Source of the DNA: Mobula hypostoma
Taxonomy: Eukaryota
Direction of reading: 5' to 3'
DNA length: 64,000 nucleotides
NCBI RefSeq assembly: GCF_963921235.1
Contig: NC_086097.1
Span: forward strand, 23,128,001-23,192,000
Positions 1-13,500 of this stretch are shown one piece after another. The notes under the pieces were generated by a model. It was not told where the DNA came from and searched no databases. It was given only the letters and a program-made list of their open reading frames with translations. Every line of letters starts with the position of its first letter. The first letter of the stretch is position 1. The position numbers and the translations under genes are program-made.

Positions 1-94
1 AATCCTGGGTAATTTCTAAGGTAAGTCATGCTGGGCACAGCTTTGTGGGCTGAAGGGCTTATATTGTGCTGTAGGTTTTTAATGTTTCTATGTC

Positions 95-574
95 AGCAAC
101 CCATTGCAGAAAAGCATGAAGACATGGTCGAGAGGTTCAGTTGTTGTTCAGACCAAACATCAGAATGGGGAACTAATGTGATTCAAGTGATTTTGACTGT
201 GGATTGATTGTTGGTGCCAGACAGGGTGGTTTAAATACCTCAGAAACTGGTGATCTTCTGGGATTTTCACACACAACTGTCTCTGGAGTTTACACAGGAT
301 GGTGTGACAAACAAAAAAGAAAATGCGCTGAGCGGCAGTTCTGTGGGTGAAATGCCTTTTGGTAGTGAGGGAATGGCCAGATTGCTTCAGGTTGACAGGA
401 AAGCAACAGTAACTCAACCACATTTTACAACGGTGGTGTGCAGAAGAGCATCTCTGAAGTCACAGTACATTGAACATTGAAGTGGCTGGATTATGGCAGT
501 AGAAGACTATGAACATATACTCAGTGCCCATTATATTAAGTACCAGAGGTACCTAGTAATGTGGCCACTGAGTG
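95..574 (+). mobile_element. Non-autonomous Tc1-like element (transposase N-terminal HTH only)
   Basis: Homologous to 3705-4260; right end has a doubled TIR hairpin at ~518-574. Confidence 0.8.
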
Positions 575-1289
575 CATGATATTAGTGTTAAACAGTCCAT
601 ATTCAAAGTGCACTGCTTGCCAGGCTGATAAATGCTGGTTTGTAGGTATCTGCAACTTGAACCTGAAAGAGACAGAAGATCCTTTGGTTGGTCCTATAAC
701 AGATTCCATATCTTTTTGTTGTTTTCATTGCCCTTGTCATTATTGACTGCTCCCATCTGAAACTTTTCATCGTCTAGTCAGTAACAAATCCACTGACCAG
801 TGAAGGCTGCTCTGTTAAGATTAACTTATTTTTTATTGAGCATGATGCTGGGAGGAACGTCCCTGTCCTTCCAACAGTGTTAAATTCGTGATATGCCGAC
901 ACTTGCCTTACCCACTCTCCACAACCCATCCCCCAATCTCTGATTTTCCTCATAGTCTTTGCTAGCATCTGAACCAATGAGTTTAAATTTCTCTTGAGGC
1001 TGCTTGCAGCGGTGAGCACCTGAAGCTTGTTGGTAGTGAAGACCGAAGTTCACATGAGCTCATATCTGTTCCGGTTACATCACTGAACACAGATGTGATT
1101 CAAATCCCAAGCCTAATTCTTTAGCCTCAGTTGTTCCTCTGTCAAGTTGACAACAAGATGCATTTATATAGGGCCTATAATGTGCTAACATCCCAAGGCA
1201 CTTCACCAAAGCATTACTGAATGCCAACCCATAGCAAGAGGTGCGACCACTGAGAATAACTTGAAGGAAAGGCTGGGAGGTCTAAAGTA

Positions 1290-2020
1290 CATCGAACATT
1301 ACAGCACAGTACAGGCCCTTTGGCCCACAATGTGCATGGTGTTGACTTTTTAATCTAATCCCAAAATCAATTTAACCCATTGCTCCCACATAGCCCTGCA
1401 GTTTTTCTGTGATACATGTCTACTCTAAGAGTTTCTGAAATGTCCCTAATGTGTCTGTGTCTACTACTGGCAGCACCCACCACTCTCTGTGTTTAAAAAA
1501 AACCTCCTCTGACATCCCCTCTATACTTTCCTCCGAGGGCCTTGAAATTATGCCCCCTTGTATTAGCTATTTTCACCCTGGGAGAAAGTCTCTGGCTGTC
1601 CTCTCGATCTATGCCTCTTATCATCTTGCTGAACTTTATCAAGTTACCTCTCATCCTCCTTCTTTCCAAAGCAAAAAACGCTAGCTCGCTACACCTATCC
1701 TCTTTGAACATGCTTTGTAATCCAGGCATCATTCTGGTAAATCTCCTCTGTACCCTCTGTAAGGCTTCCACATCCTTCCTATAATGAGGTGACCAGAACC
1801 GAATTGTTACCCCAACTGTGGTCTAATATAGAGCTGCAATATTACCTTGCAGATTTTGAACCCAATCTCCCAACTGTTGAAGGCAAACACACCATACACT
1901 TTCTTAACAAAGCAATCAAATTGCACTGCAACTTTTAGGGATTTATGAATGTGGACACCAAGGCCCCTCTGTTCCCCCACACTGCTAAGAATACTACCAT
2001 TAATCTTGTACTCTACCTTC
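1290..2020 (-). mobile_element. CR1 3' fragment
   Basis: ORFs 1493-1771 and 1807-2028 give CR1 RT C-terminal motifs (LQRVQRRFTRM, RRRMRGNLI, TRGH). Confidence 0.85.
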
Positions 2021-3704
2021 AAGTTCAAAGTGTATCTTTATTTGATACTTTTTTCATGTATCTCTTCAACATCTGATTGCTATTTATGGACTTCTTTCTA
2101 CAGTGTGACAACTCAGTTAAATGTTGCTTTATCATTAGTTAAATCAATCTTGAATAGAGAGCTCACTTGTTCTCCAGTAGTTAGGGAGCTTCTGTATTAT
2201 TGCCCTAAAGTACAGACACTACACGGTTCATACAAGAGTTCTAAAAGCTATCCATAAAAGTTTCCTTCAGAATTATTTGTTCAAATTCAAGTTCAAGTTT
2301 AAATGTCTTCAACCATACATGAATACCCATGATACAGCCAAATGAAACAGCATTACTCCGAGGCCAAGTTGCAAAACGCAGTACCGACAGCCTTACACAG
2401 CTCAAGACACATATAACACATGTAAGATAGCCATAAAATACAGTCACAGAGAAAAATACTCCAAATCCCTGAGACCATGAATGTTGCAGCAGCCTGCAGT
2501 CGAACACAGTATGTATTGTCTTCCGCAGATTGAGCTCTGGGGGCAGCACCGACTCCAGCATGGACGCCACGCCAAACTGCCTCCAGTATTCCGGTGGAGC
2601 GCACCGACTCTGACACCTCTAGTTCTTGTGCGAGGCTGTAAGCAGGCACCACCAAGGCTTGAGACGTAGCCCTCACAATATCCAAGGCCACGCAGCTCCA
2701 CCTCCCCCCTCACCCCGGGCTGTTGGCTGAAAAATGCAAAAGTTTCACTGGATGTTAATTAGCAACGGATTAGCACAGATATTAATTAATTTTAGATCTT
2801 AGTTAAATCTAAGAATTAGTTATTAGTATAAATCTATACCACAGATTCAAAACATACTGGAACATAGGAGTTACTAGACCATGGAATGCTATACAAGATG
2901 GGGTTTGTTTCCAAAGTAGTTTGTCTGACCTTCCTGTGACCATATGGGATTCCTTTAGGTGTTCCAGTTTCCTCCCACATTCCAAAGATTAGGGTTAGGG
3001 TTAGTAAGTTAGGGGCATGCTATGTTGGTGCCAGAAGCATGGTGACACCTTGTGGGCTTACCCCAGCACATCCTCGGACTGTGTTGGTCATGGGCGCGTT
3101 ACACCGTTTGTTTCAATGTATATGTGACAAATAAGCAAGCTAATCCTTTACCTTTAGGATTGTAACATGGCAATGCATTGTTGTTTTGACTGTACCTGCA
3201 TGAATAATACAAGTGCATTCCAGGAGATTGAAATTTGTTCCATGCAACATGCATTGTAAGTTCATAATGTACATTGAACTGTAGGTTGTGAGTGCCAGTA
3301 TGTTTTGCTTATGTGTACTTGTTTATTACCATTGAAGAAAACGATTCTAGTCATGTGGATTTGCATAGTTATGAGTAATACCCAAGGCATATCTGGCATT
3401 TCATTATCTGTTTTTATTGATGGGAATCATTAAAATGATTTGACTGTGTCAAGTTGAACATGATGTATAAATCATAGTGATATGAATAAGCTCAAGTCAA
3501 GGGAATCATGGACAATAATTTTGTTGATAATTTGACTTAAATGGGACATTAAACCTGGCAGAATAAAGAATAGTCTTAATGTTGTTTTTTCATGTGTGCA
3601 CACGAGATGATATCCCATATATCAGCACAGATTTATTAAAATAATACTTAAGAGTGACCTACAGGTTTACAACTAATACCATTTTATTGGGCCTATGAAA
3701 TATA

Positions 3705-4260
3705 CACTCAGTGGCCAGTTTATTGGGTACTTCCTGTACCTAATAAAGTGGCCATTATGTGTATGTTCATGGTCTTCTGCTGCCGTAGCCCATGTCGAAC
3801 CACTTCAAGGTTTGACATGTTATGCACTCAGAGGTGCTCCTCTGCACACCACTGTTGTAACACGTGGTTATCCGAGTTACTCTCACCTTTCTGTCAGCTT
3901 GAACCAGTCTGGCCATTCTCTCATTAACAAAGCATTTTTACCCACGGAACTGTGGCTCACTTGATGTTTCTTAGGTTCTCACACCATTTTCTGTAAACTC
4001 AAGAGTTTGTTGTGTGTGGAAATCCCAGGAGACCAGCAGATTCTGAAATATTCAAACCACCCTGTTTGGCACCAAATATCATTCTATGGTCAAAGTCACT
4101 TAGATCACATTTCTTCCCCATTCTGATGTTTGGTCTGAAAAACAACTGAACCTCTTGACCATGTCTGCATGCTTTTATGCATTGAGTTGCTGCCACATAA
4201 TTGGCTGATTAGATAATTGCATTAATGAGCAGGTGTACTTAATAAAGAGGGAACTGAGTG
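3705..4260 (-). mobile_element. Non-autonomous Tc1-like element, complete copy
   Basis: TA on both sides; TIR CACTCAGTGGCCA(C/G)TTTATT. Encodes MGKKCDLSDFDHRMIFGAKQGGLNISESAGLLGF (Tc1 paired-like HTH). No DDE domain. Confidence 0.88.
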
Positions 4261-4739
4261 TATATAATTGATATATTTTTCCAGTTAAAATGCTACAGGT
4301 CTGTATAAATATACTATCAGAATTCAGTTAGACATCAAAAGGAAGTAAATATTTTTAACAAGCCTTTCTTCATTAACACTGCAATTTCATTCCTCCCATC
4401 TTCAGTTTCCTCATTGTGTTGCTCAACCACAATACATAGGTTAAATGCATTATGATATTAATGCTTCTTTTAAATGGCAGACTCCAGAAATTGTCAGTCT
4501 ATTCTGACCTCTGTCATGGGAAGTGATCACAGGTGAGTACAGAAAAGATTTGGGGATGTTCTCAAAGCCTCTTTGAAAAAGAGAAATTAAAGAGATAAAG
4601 AGATTAGTTTGATTTGTCACGTGCATTGGAAAATAGAAACATAGAGTAAGATACGTTATTTGCATCAACAACCAGAAGAATCACTTCAAAATTGTGATTA
4701 ATTTACAAAGTTGTACATTGTATAAGCAGAATGGGTGTT

Positions 4740-4928
4740 GAAGCAACTCTTCACCGGAAAGTCTATTGTATTCGCTGCTCCTGGTATGGCTTTCTCTATA
4801 TTGGTGATATCCAACACAAGTTGAGGGACCGCTTTGTTGAACACCTTCGCTATGAACTCTACAGAAGCAGGATATCCCGGTGACTACCCATTTCATTTCG
4901 ATTTCCCATTCTCATTCTGATGTGTCTG
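4740..4928 (+). mobile_element. Penelope GIY-YIG remnant
   Basis: Translates YCIRCSWYGFLYIGDIQHKLRDRFVEHL and, after a frameshift, THF.S.SHSHSD; homologous to 41079-41387. Confidence 0.7.
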
Positions 4929-6564
4929 GGATACTGTGGACTTCAGTGCCGCAAACAGCTGTGGAGGTCAAGTCAATGGGTATACTTAAAGCCAAGGCTA
5001 ATAGGATCTTGAGTAGTAAGTGCATCAAATATTACTTGGAGAAGGCAGATGAATGGGGTTGAGAGGGATATTAAAACAGCTATAATGGAATGGTGGAGCA
5101 GATTTGATGGTCCAGGAGTCCTAATTGTGCTCCAGTGTCTTATGGTCTTACAGTCTTATGTCTGTTATGTCATGGTATTCAGAAGAATGAGGGGTGACCT
5201 CAGCGAAAGCCCTTGATAGAGTGGATGTGGAGAGGATGTTTCCTATGGTGGGGGAGTCTAAGCTCAGAGGGCAGAGCCACAAAATAGAGAGGCATCATTT
5301 TAGAATGGAGATGATGGAGAATTTTTTTAACCAGAGAGTGGTTAAAAAGTCATTGGGTATACTTAAGGCAGAGGTTGACCGATTCTTGATTAGTCAGGAC
5401 ATGAAAGTATATGGGGAGAGGCAGGAGATTGGGGCTGAGAGGGGAAAATGGATCATCCGTGATGAAATGACGGAGTGGACTCAAGGGCCAAATGGCCCAG
5501 TTCTGCTCCTATATCTTATAGTGTGATGGTCCTACGCTCTTCAAATCTGACTGAGCATTTTAGCCTTTCCCAGTACCTTTTCATTTCACATTCCTATCAC
5601 GTTCTGTATGGTAACAATCCTGTGAAGTGCTGTTTTACTGTATTGAAGGACTCATGGGATTGTAGTAGTTGAGAGTAGCATGGGAGCGTAGCGGTTAGTG
5701 TGATGCTTCACAGCACCGGCAGACATGATTGGGGTTTAGTTCCTGATGCTCTTGGTGAGGAGTTTGCACGTTCTCCCCATGACCAAATGGGTTTCCTCTG
5801 GTGCTCTGGTTTTCTAACGCATTCCAAAGGCCGACGGTTATGGGTTAGTGATATTGGCACCAGAAGTATGGCAACACTTACAGGATGCCCCCAGCACATC
5901 CTTGGACTGTGTTGGTTGTGGTGCAAAGAATGCATTTCACTGTATGTTTCAAAATACAGTTAACAGATAAAGTTAATCTTCAATATAGAATGGTCACATG
6001 AGTAGATGAGATGGTGAGGAAGACACGTAGCACGCTTGTCTTTGGTAGCTTGAGCACTGAATGCAAGTCAAAACTTCAAAGTAAGTCTGTTATCAAAGTC
6101 CATATATGTCACCATATACAACCCCGAGATTTGTTTTCATACTCAATAAATCCAGTGACCATAATAGAATCAATGAAAGACCTCACCAAACCAGTGTGCA
6201 AGAGACAACAAATTGTGCAATTATAAAAAGAAAGAATAAATAAATAAAAATAACAATAATAAATAAATAAACAACATCTATCAAGAACATGAGATGAAGT
6301 GTTCTTGAAAGTAATTCCAAAAGTTTTGGGAACAGTTTAGTGATGGGGCAAGTGAAGTTGAGTAAAGTTATCCCCCTGATTCAGGAGCCTGATGTTTAAG
6401 AGTAACAACTCTTCCTGAACCTGGTGCTGTGAGTCCTCAGATTCCTCAGGCTCCTGTACCTTCTTCCTGATAGCAGCTGCAAGAAGAAAGCATGGTCTGG
6501 GTGCTGGGGGTCATGTCTCAGCTGTAAAAGACTTTGATTTTATTTTAGAGTCCACTTGGAGCAT

Positions 6565-6698
6565 GTCTCCTCCAAGAGGGGAGACTTGCAGCGTGGGCAA
6601 CTGCCGGTCTTCCATACAACTCTGCCCAGGCCTGTGCCCTGGAGAGTGAAGACTTTCCAGGCACAGATCCATGGTCTCGCAAGATAACAGATGCCTTA
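6565..6698. mobile_element. 134-bp retroposon insertion, family uncertain (possibly Ingi/Vingi-derived)
   Basis: Perfect 11-bp TSD acttggagcat (6554-6564 and 6699-6709) inside a CR1 fragment. The family guess is from memory only. Confidence 0.6.
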
Positions 6699-7334
6699 AC
6701 TTGGAGCATTGGTTGCCCCATTACTTTTATTTTTTTTCAGAGAAACAGCACTGTAAGAGATCTTTCCATACTAATGAGCCTATGCTGCCCAATTGCATCC
6801 ATGTGACCTATTAACCCCTTCATCTTTGGAATGCAGAAGGAAACGCACACAGCCACTGGGAGAACGTACAAGCTCCTTACAGACAGTGGTGGGAATTAAA
6901 CCCAGGTCACTGTCACTGTAAGAGCATTACACTAACTGCTGCTCAAGTGTGCTGCCCCAGGAAGGATATGGAAAATTCAGAAGAAGTGCAGAAGAGGTTT
7001 ACCAGGATGCTGCCTGGATTAGAGGGTTTGAGTTTTAAGGAGAGGTTAGACAAACCTGAACAGTTTTCTCTGGAGCATCGGAGACTGAGGGGAGACTTGA
7101 CAGAATTTTACAAAATTGAGAGGAATAGATAGAGTAGACAGTCAAAATCTTTTTTCTATGGTAGAAAGGATTAAGGATCAACTTTGTCTACCATATACAT
7201 TTACATGTTTTAGGAATTTTCCATAGTGTTTTGATGTGACGTGCAACAAAAAACAGCACCATTCAACAATTATAAATAATAAAGAATATTATAAAAAAAT
7301 CAGGTATGTGAGAGGTATCAAGAAGGTATGTATT

Positions 7335-7580
7335 AAAATATATTGAAATAAACACCATTTATGAACCCATAAGAGCCAAAGAAATGTGAGCCAATAGAAT
7401 TCAAAGGTCAGCTGAAGAGGCAGCCAATCAGGATCGAGGCAAATGAACGGGGACTATAAAAACACGGACACCCCCAGGGAGAAACACTGACAACTGCGCA
7501 CTGAAGATGTCACTTTGATGGGTGATGAAATATCTGCAAGTTAATGGCCAAGCTTGATGAACACCACAATATCATACGCA
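7335..7580 (+). mobile_element. Penelope-like element 3' end/pLTR (family B)
   Basis: The C-terminal remnant KYIEINTIYEPIRAK resembles PLE endonuclease tails. It is followed by two CCAAT boxes, TATAAA and the hammerhead at 7498-7537. Confidence 0.6.
7498..7537 (+). ncRNA. Minimal type-I hammerhead ribozyme motif with intact core (Penelope family B)
   Basis: GCA-CUGAAGA-U-GUCAC(uuugaugg)GUGAU-GAAA-UA-UC^UGC. Helix I is GCA/UGC, helix II has 5 bp, and helix III is the palindromic AUAU. Predicted cleavage after 7534. Confidence 0.7.
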
Positions 7581-9369
7581 TTAAATATTACGTACTAGAT
7601 GTCATGTGAGTGGGGGGACGTTTAAGGGAGATGTACAGGACAGGTTATTTGCACAGAGTGGAACAGGGGTAGGAGTAGAAACAGATATATTAGTGATGCT
7701 TAAGAGGCTTTTGAATGGACACTTGCGCATGGAGGGATATGGATTACATTTAAACAGAAGGCATTTAGTTTAATTTGGCATTGTACTTGACACTGACATC
7801 TGTGCTGTGCTGTTCTAACAAACAGGAAAAAAACAGTATCAATGGAAGGGAAATTAGAATCATAGATTGTCCAGCAGACAGAATTATAGGAACACAAATA
7901 TGTTGGTGTTCTAGGGATGAAAGAGCTTACCACAACAGGCAAGATTCAGGCTGTGGAGGAGTTTGAAGATACTGTTTCAGTTACAGCTTCTATCTCAGTA
8001 AATAAAAACATATACAGAATTACACTGGATCATTCACCAGTAACTTGAAACTAAGGACCATGACATCCCGTATCAATAATTGTGGGAATAGCCTTTGAGA
8101 AATCTAGTGTGCAGAACATTATAAACCATTAAAGATATGGTAACTATAGATTGAAGAAGGAGAGGCAACATTTAATTAGCTAGCCAGTGCTTTTGAGAGA
8201 CATTACTGGGAGAATTATCGGAGAACTTGCAGTTGTTATGTTGTGGTTTGGTTTACAGTACAGATTGTGCGATATGGTTCAGTGTCTCAGGCAAGGAGCA
8301 GAAAGACAGAAAATTGGATTAAAAGGAGGCTGTATATAAGAAAAGGAAAACTATTCTTTAGAGACCTTGCACAATTTCAAGTGCTTTTGAAGTGTGGTCA
8401 ATGTCGTAATGCAGAGAAACCCAACAGCCCAATTTATGCACAGAAAGATCCCACAAACTTCAAAGAGTCAGAACCATATGTCACCAGAAAGAAATTTGAT
8501 TCTGATACTGTGGTGAAATTAGTTGTTTTGTGGCAGCAGTACAGTGCAAGACATAAAATTATAATAAATTGATAATTAGAGCTAAAGAGGAATACCAAGG
8601 TAATATTCATCGGTTCATGGACCTTATGGAAATCTAATAGCAGAGAAGAAATAGATCTTCCTAAAATGTTGAGTGTAGGACTTGTGGCTCTTGTACTTCC
8701 TTCCTGTTGATAGTAATGAGAAGAGAGCATGTTCTCTTCACATTACATAAAGCAAATAACATGTTTTATATTGGACAGTCACTGAGAAATACAGCAGAGA
8801 AACAGGCCTCAGCCCAACTTGTCTAAGCCAATAAATATGCCCATCTAGGCTTGTCCCATTTGCATGCACTTGGCCCATATCACTCTCAACCTTTCCTATC
8901 CATGAACTATCATGTTTCTGACTGGTTTCAAACCCAGGACATTTTGTGTGGTTAGTGAACACGATAATCATTACACCACAGAAATGCAGAAATAGCAATG
9001 GCTGATATTAATTGTTAATTGGGACACTGGGGAGAATTCTCTTGCTCCTTTTTGAAACAATACCATGGCTGTTTTATGTCCACCTGAACGGACAGATCAA
9101 TGTCCAGTCTAAAACCCAACACCCAACACATTGGAAACTGTTTTCATGACTTGTATCCTTTACTTGGTGAAGGAACATGGAATCTCAGAATGGAGCTATA
9201 CAAATGAAATCGACATTGCATGGGAATCCACGGCCTGGATTGGGAGAGGTCCAATGGCAATAATATTCCATTGCGGGTGCAGCTAAAGGCCACCTGTGCA
9301 TTAGAATGGAGAAAAAAATCTTCTCAAAGCCTTTTGTCTCCATTGTGGAGGTAATCAGGTAGGCAGGGG

Positions 9370-9950
9370 TTGTGTTGGAGAGTTCAAGGTAAGGATGTCA
9401 TGCTGAAGCTTTGTAAAGCATTGGTCAGACCACATTTGAAGTATTGTGAACAGTTTTGGGCATCTTATCTAAGAATGGATGTGCTGACAATGGAGAGAGT
9501 CCAGAGGTGGTTCAGGAGAATGATCCTGGGAATGTAAGGTGGGGAATGGGCCTGTACTCAATGGAGTTTAGAAAAATGAAGAAGGATTTCATTGAAACCT
9601 GTTGAATATTGAAGGGTCCAGACAGAGTGGATGTGGAAAAGATGTTTCCAAAAGTAAGAGAGTTTAGAACCAGAGAGCACAGACTCGCAATACAAGCACA
9701 TCCCTTTAGAACAGAGGTGATGAGAATGTCTTTAGCCCAGAGGGTGGTGTATCTGTGGAATTCACATCCGTGAAGACCAACTCAATGGGTACATTTAAAG
9801 TGGAGATTGATAGGTTCTTGATTAGTAGGGGCACCAAAGGTTACGGGCAGAAGGAAGAAGAATGGGGTTGAGAGACAATAAATCAGCCACGATTGAATGG
9901 CAGAGCTGACTCAATGGGCCGAATGGCCTAATTCTGCTCCTGTCTTTATG
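9370..9950 (+). mobile_element. CR1 3' fragment
   Basis: Homologous to 34070-34625; ends with the typical ctaattctgctcct...tatggt 3' end. Confidence 0.8.
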
Positions 9951-11295
9951 GTAAGGAGCAGTATTGGGGAGGAAAGGACACTGGAGAAAGGAATATTGTG
10001 CGATGGGCACAGTGATTGTAAATACATGGTGAGATTGAAATCTCAGTGGAGGGGGTGGTTTTTGGAGATGTGATCTGCGGCTAGAATGCAATTGACAGGG
10101 TGCATGGAAGGCAGGATCTGGGCTCATGATGGTTCAATTGAGTATGAAACACAATCCTAAGAGGTTTGTCCTGCAAACAGATCAAAGACTTGGACTTCTC
10201 AATTGTGTATCAGGTTGGCATTCCTTAGCTAATAATGAAACAGGACTTGCCTCTCCAATTTGACACCATAGGATGATCTGATTTTGTAATTGAATTCCAT
10301 GCGAACTTGTTGCAGGACGTTGTTTGATCTCCTGTGGCGTGCCCAGCAACCTTAATGTCTTTGCAACGCAAGATGAACGTAAATTTTATGATAGGCTTTT
10401 AGCAGTCGAGTCTACAAACAGATGGATTTTGCATAATCTGGAGAAATCATTGATAAACTTCTGTGTCGACAATGAGTTCTCGCATGTGAAAGGCTGTTTA
10501 AGACCATATATAGTGGCGATGTGTGCATTAAAGGTATGGCACAGTAGCTTAGCAGTTAGACTAATGCTTTGTAGTGCTAATGACCGGAGTTCAATTCCTG
10601 CTGCTCTCTTTAAGGGGTTTGTACATTCTTCCCGTGATTGAGTGGGTTTCCTCTCGCCCTCTGGTTCTTCCCACATCCCTAAGACAAATGGGTTAGGGTT
10701 AGTGAGTCATGGATATGTTATGTTGGTGTGGATACTTGCGGGTTATTCTTCACACATCTTGGGACTGTGTTGGTCATTGATGCAAGTGGCGCAATTCACT
10801 GTATGTTTCGATGTACATGTGACAAACAAAGCTAATCTTTAAATACCTTCACATTGACTGAATGAAAAATATTCTGTCCTGGGGTATTTTATTCAGGAGC
10901 CAGTTAGAATGAATTAATCTGAAGAACTCTTAGTGTTTTCAGTGGTAATATCACGTCAGCTGTGGCTCTGTTGGAAACACTTTGTGTCTGAGTCAGAAGG
11001 TCACAGTGTCCAAAATTGAACACAGTATTCCAGCTGAGGTGGAAGCTGTTCCCTTCTGTTTACCAGCTTTCAGCAGCAACTTCATTTATCTTAACAGCTT
11101 CATTTTGATTTAGCGTATATGGAAACAGATTTATCTGATTGTCTGTTAAAAGACGTCATTTTCTTAGCCTGTTGACCTAGAAATTAAACTGGTTTGCACG
11201 TATTTAGTATAACTTCATTAACCACTAGCCCATAAAAATTAGATTTTTGTCACACCTAAGCATCAATATAAACATATAAACTTATAATTGGTTTA

Positions 11296-11926
11296 TAGGC
11301 GGGAGGAGAGAAAGCAGCGTGCTGCATGTGCGCGGCCCTCCAGTGAAAAATGATATCATATCCGTTAAATAGGGGCTGTGGACAATTCTGATTTGATGGA
11401 GACAGACGTGAAAGCACAGGGGAACATCTGGAAAAAGTTCTGAAACGCTCGTTCGCTGCTGTCGTTACTGCGTGGTCGGGAATCCTTCGGAGGGAAGGCC
11501 TCAAAATCCCCAGCTTTGCCTGCCGTTGGTGACCGAGATGGAGGTCGAATCGTTCGGATAGAGATGGCGCTCAGTACTCGGTGTCGGAGAGCTGATCAGA
11601 GCTCAAAGTTTTCAGATGACTCCGAGTCGGACTGTGGTCGGGTATGGCAGGGAGAGTTTTTCTTCCTTCTCCCGTCCGCATGAGATGTGGGACATTTGAA
11701 AGACTTTGAATTTTTACTGTGCTCACGGACTTCATCAAATTATGGTATTGTTGCACTGTTGTAACTATATGTTATAATTATGTGGTTTTGTTAGTTTTTT
11801 TCAGTCTTCGTCTGTCCTGTGTTTTTGTGATATCACACCGGAGGAATATTGTATCATTTCTTAATGCATGCATTACTAAATGACAATAAAAAGAGGACTG
11901 CATGTCTTCATAATCTAATAATCTAA
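11296..11926 (+). mobile_element. CpG-rich, probably young non-autonomous LINE-dependent retroposon
   Basis: High CpG content compared with the flanks; ends with AATAAA and a (TAATC)n-type tail. Similar in organisation to the - strand element at ~2280-2720 with a (TTGAAC)n tail. Confidence 0.55.
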
Positions 11927-13462
11927 TGGTAAAAACACAGAATTTTCCAATGGTACCCACACCCACTCTATTTCTTTCCACTCCAAGTGGTACACCCGGA
12001 TTCTTCTCCCCCCCACCCTTGTTCTCATTTTCCTTTCTCCTCCGTGATCTAAGTTCATCACTCTCCCAACTTGTTCCATCTACACCTCAGCCACACCAAT
12101 TTACTTGGCTTTCTTCACCCTTGGCTGACCCTTTCTATGCTCTCCACAACCCAGTTTCATTTGTGTTTCATCCCTTCCTTATCTTTTTCCACTTATTCCA
12201 CTCACTCCTTTCTAGCCTCTGTGTCTAACCTCCCTCTCCCCCACCTGGACCCATCTGCCCATCATTCCCCACCACATCGTGTTCCAACCTGCCTCACCGC
12301 AACACCCCACCCCATCACCTCTTCATCCAGATTATCATCCCTCTACGATTTCATTCATGTTAGAGGGCCCCAGTCTGGATGTTGACTGTTTCTTTGCTTC
12401 CACAGATGCTGGCTGGCCCACTGAGTTCCTACAGCAGTTTGTTTTCTTGCTAACCACTCTGCTGCTGCAATACCGTAGCACAGAAACTCAGTCTGGAAAT
12501 GTGCTAATGATGCACAACTAAAGTGTGCAGCAGACTTTGTGTAAAGAATTTTTTTTAGTTAGGATAGTAAAATAATTCATGCTGGTTAATTTGCATAAAT
12601 GTAACGTAAGTTCAAAGTTCAAAATAAATTTATCGAAGTATGAATGTGTATGTCACCATATAAAGCTCTGAGATACATTTTCTTCCAGGCATTCACAGAA
12701 AAACAAAGTAATACAACAGAATCAATGAAAAATTACACAGAAGTAAAGACTGACAATCAATGTGCAAAATAAGGCGAACTGCACAAATACAAAAAATATT
12801 ATTATTATAAATAAGTAAATAAATAATACTGAGAACGTGAGTTGCAGAGTCCTTGCAAGTGCGTCTGTAGATCGTAGAATCAGTTCAGAGTAGAGAATTG
12901 AAGTTATCTATGCTGGTTCGACAACCAGATGGTTAAAGGGTAATAACTATTCCTGAACTTGGCAGTGTGGGACCTCAGATTCCTGTACCTCCTTCCTGAT
13001 GGCAACAGCAAGAAGAGAGCATGGCCTGGGTGTTGGATGTCCTCGATGATGGATGCTCCTTCCTTGTAGCAGTGCTTCTTGTAGATGTGCTCAATGGTGG
13101 GGAGGGCTTGTTCTGTGATAGACTGGGCTGTATCTATTTGGAATCCATTTGGGTTAAGTATGTAAAGCAAATGCAGCAAAGACTATGAATCATTTGAATG
13201 ACCGCAGAGACACTGGAAATCAATTACATAATCTCTTAAAATGCAGGAGGTTGCAATGAAAAGCCAGCAAAGCGTAAGGTTTTATTAGCAGTTGTCTGAA
13301 ATGCAATAAAATAACAGTAAATTTGTATGAAGCTTTATTTAGGACCAAGTAGAGTTTAATGTGCACTGTTAGCTATCCAAATATGGAAAGGACAATAAAG
13401 CCATAAAGGATGTACAATTTTAAAAAATACATTTTTATTTTGTCATCTTCCCCCTTCCTTTT

Positions 13463-13500
13463 CAGTCCTGATAAAGGGCCTCAGCCCGAAATGTCGACTG
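13463..13500 (+). ncRNA. Minimal hammerhead motif (family A) with G8A core substitution
   Basis: CAGUC-CUGAUAA-AGGGCCUCAGCCC-GAAA-UG-UC-GACUG; helix I is a perfect CAGUC/GACUG. Confidence 0.6.
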
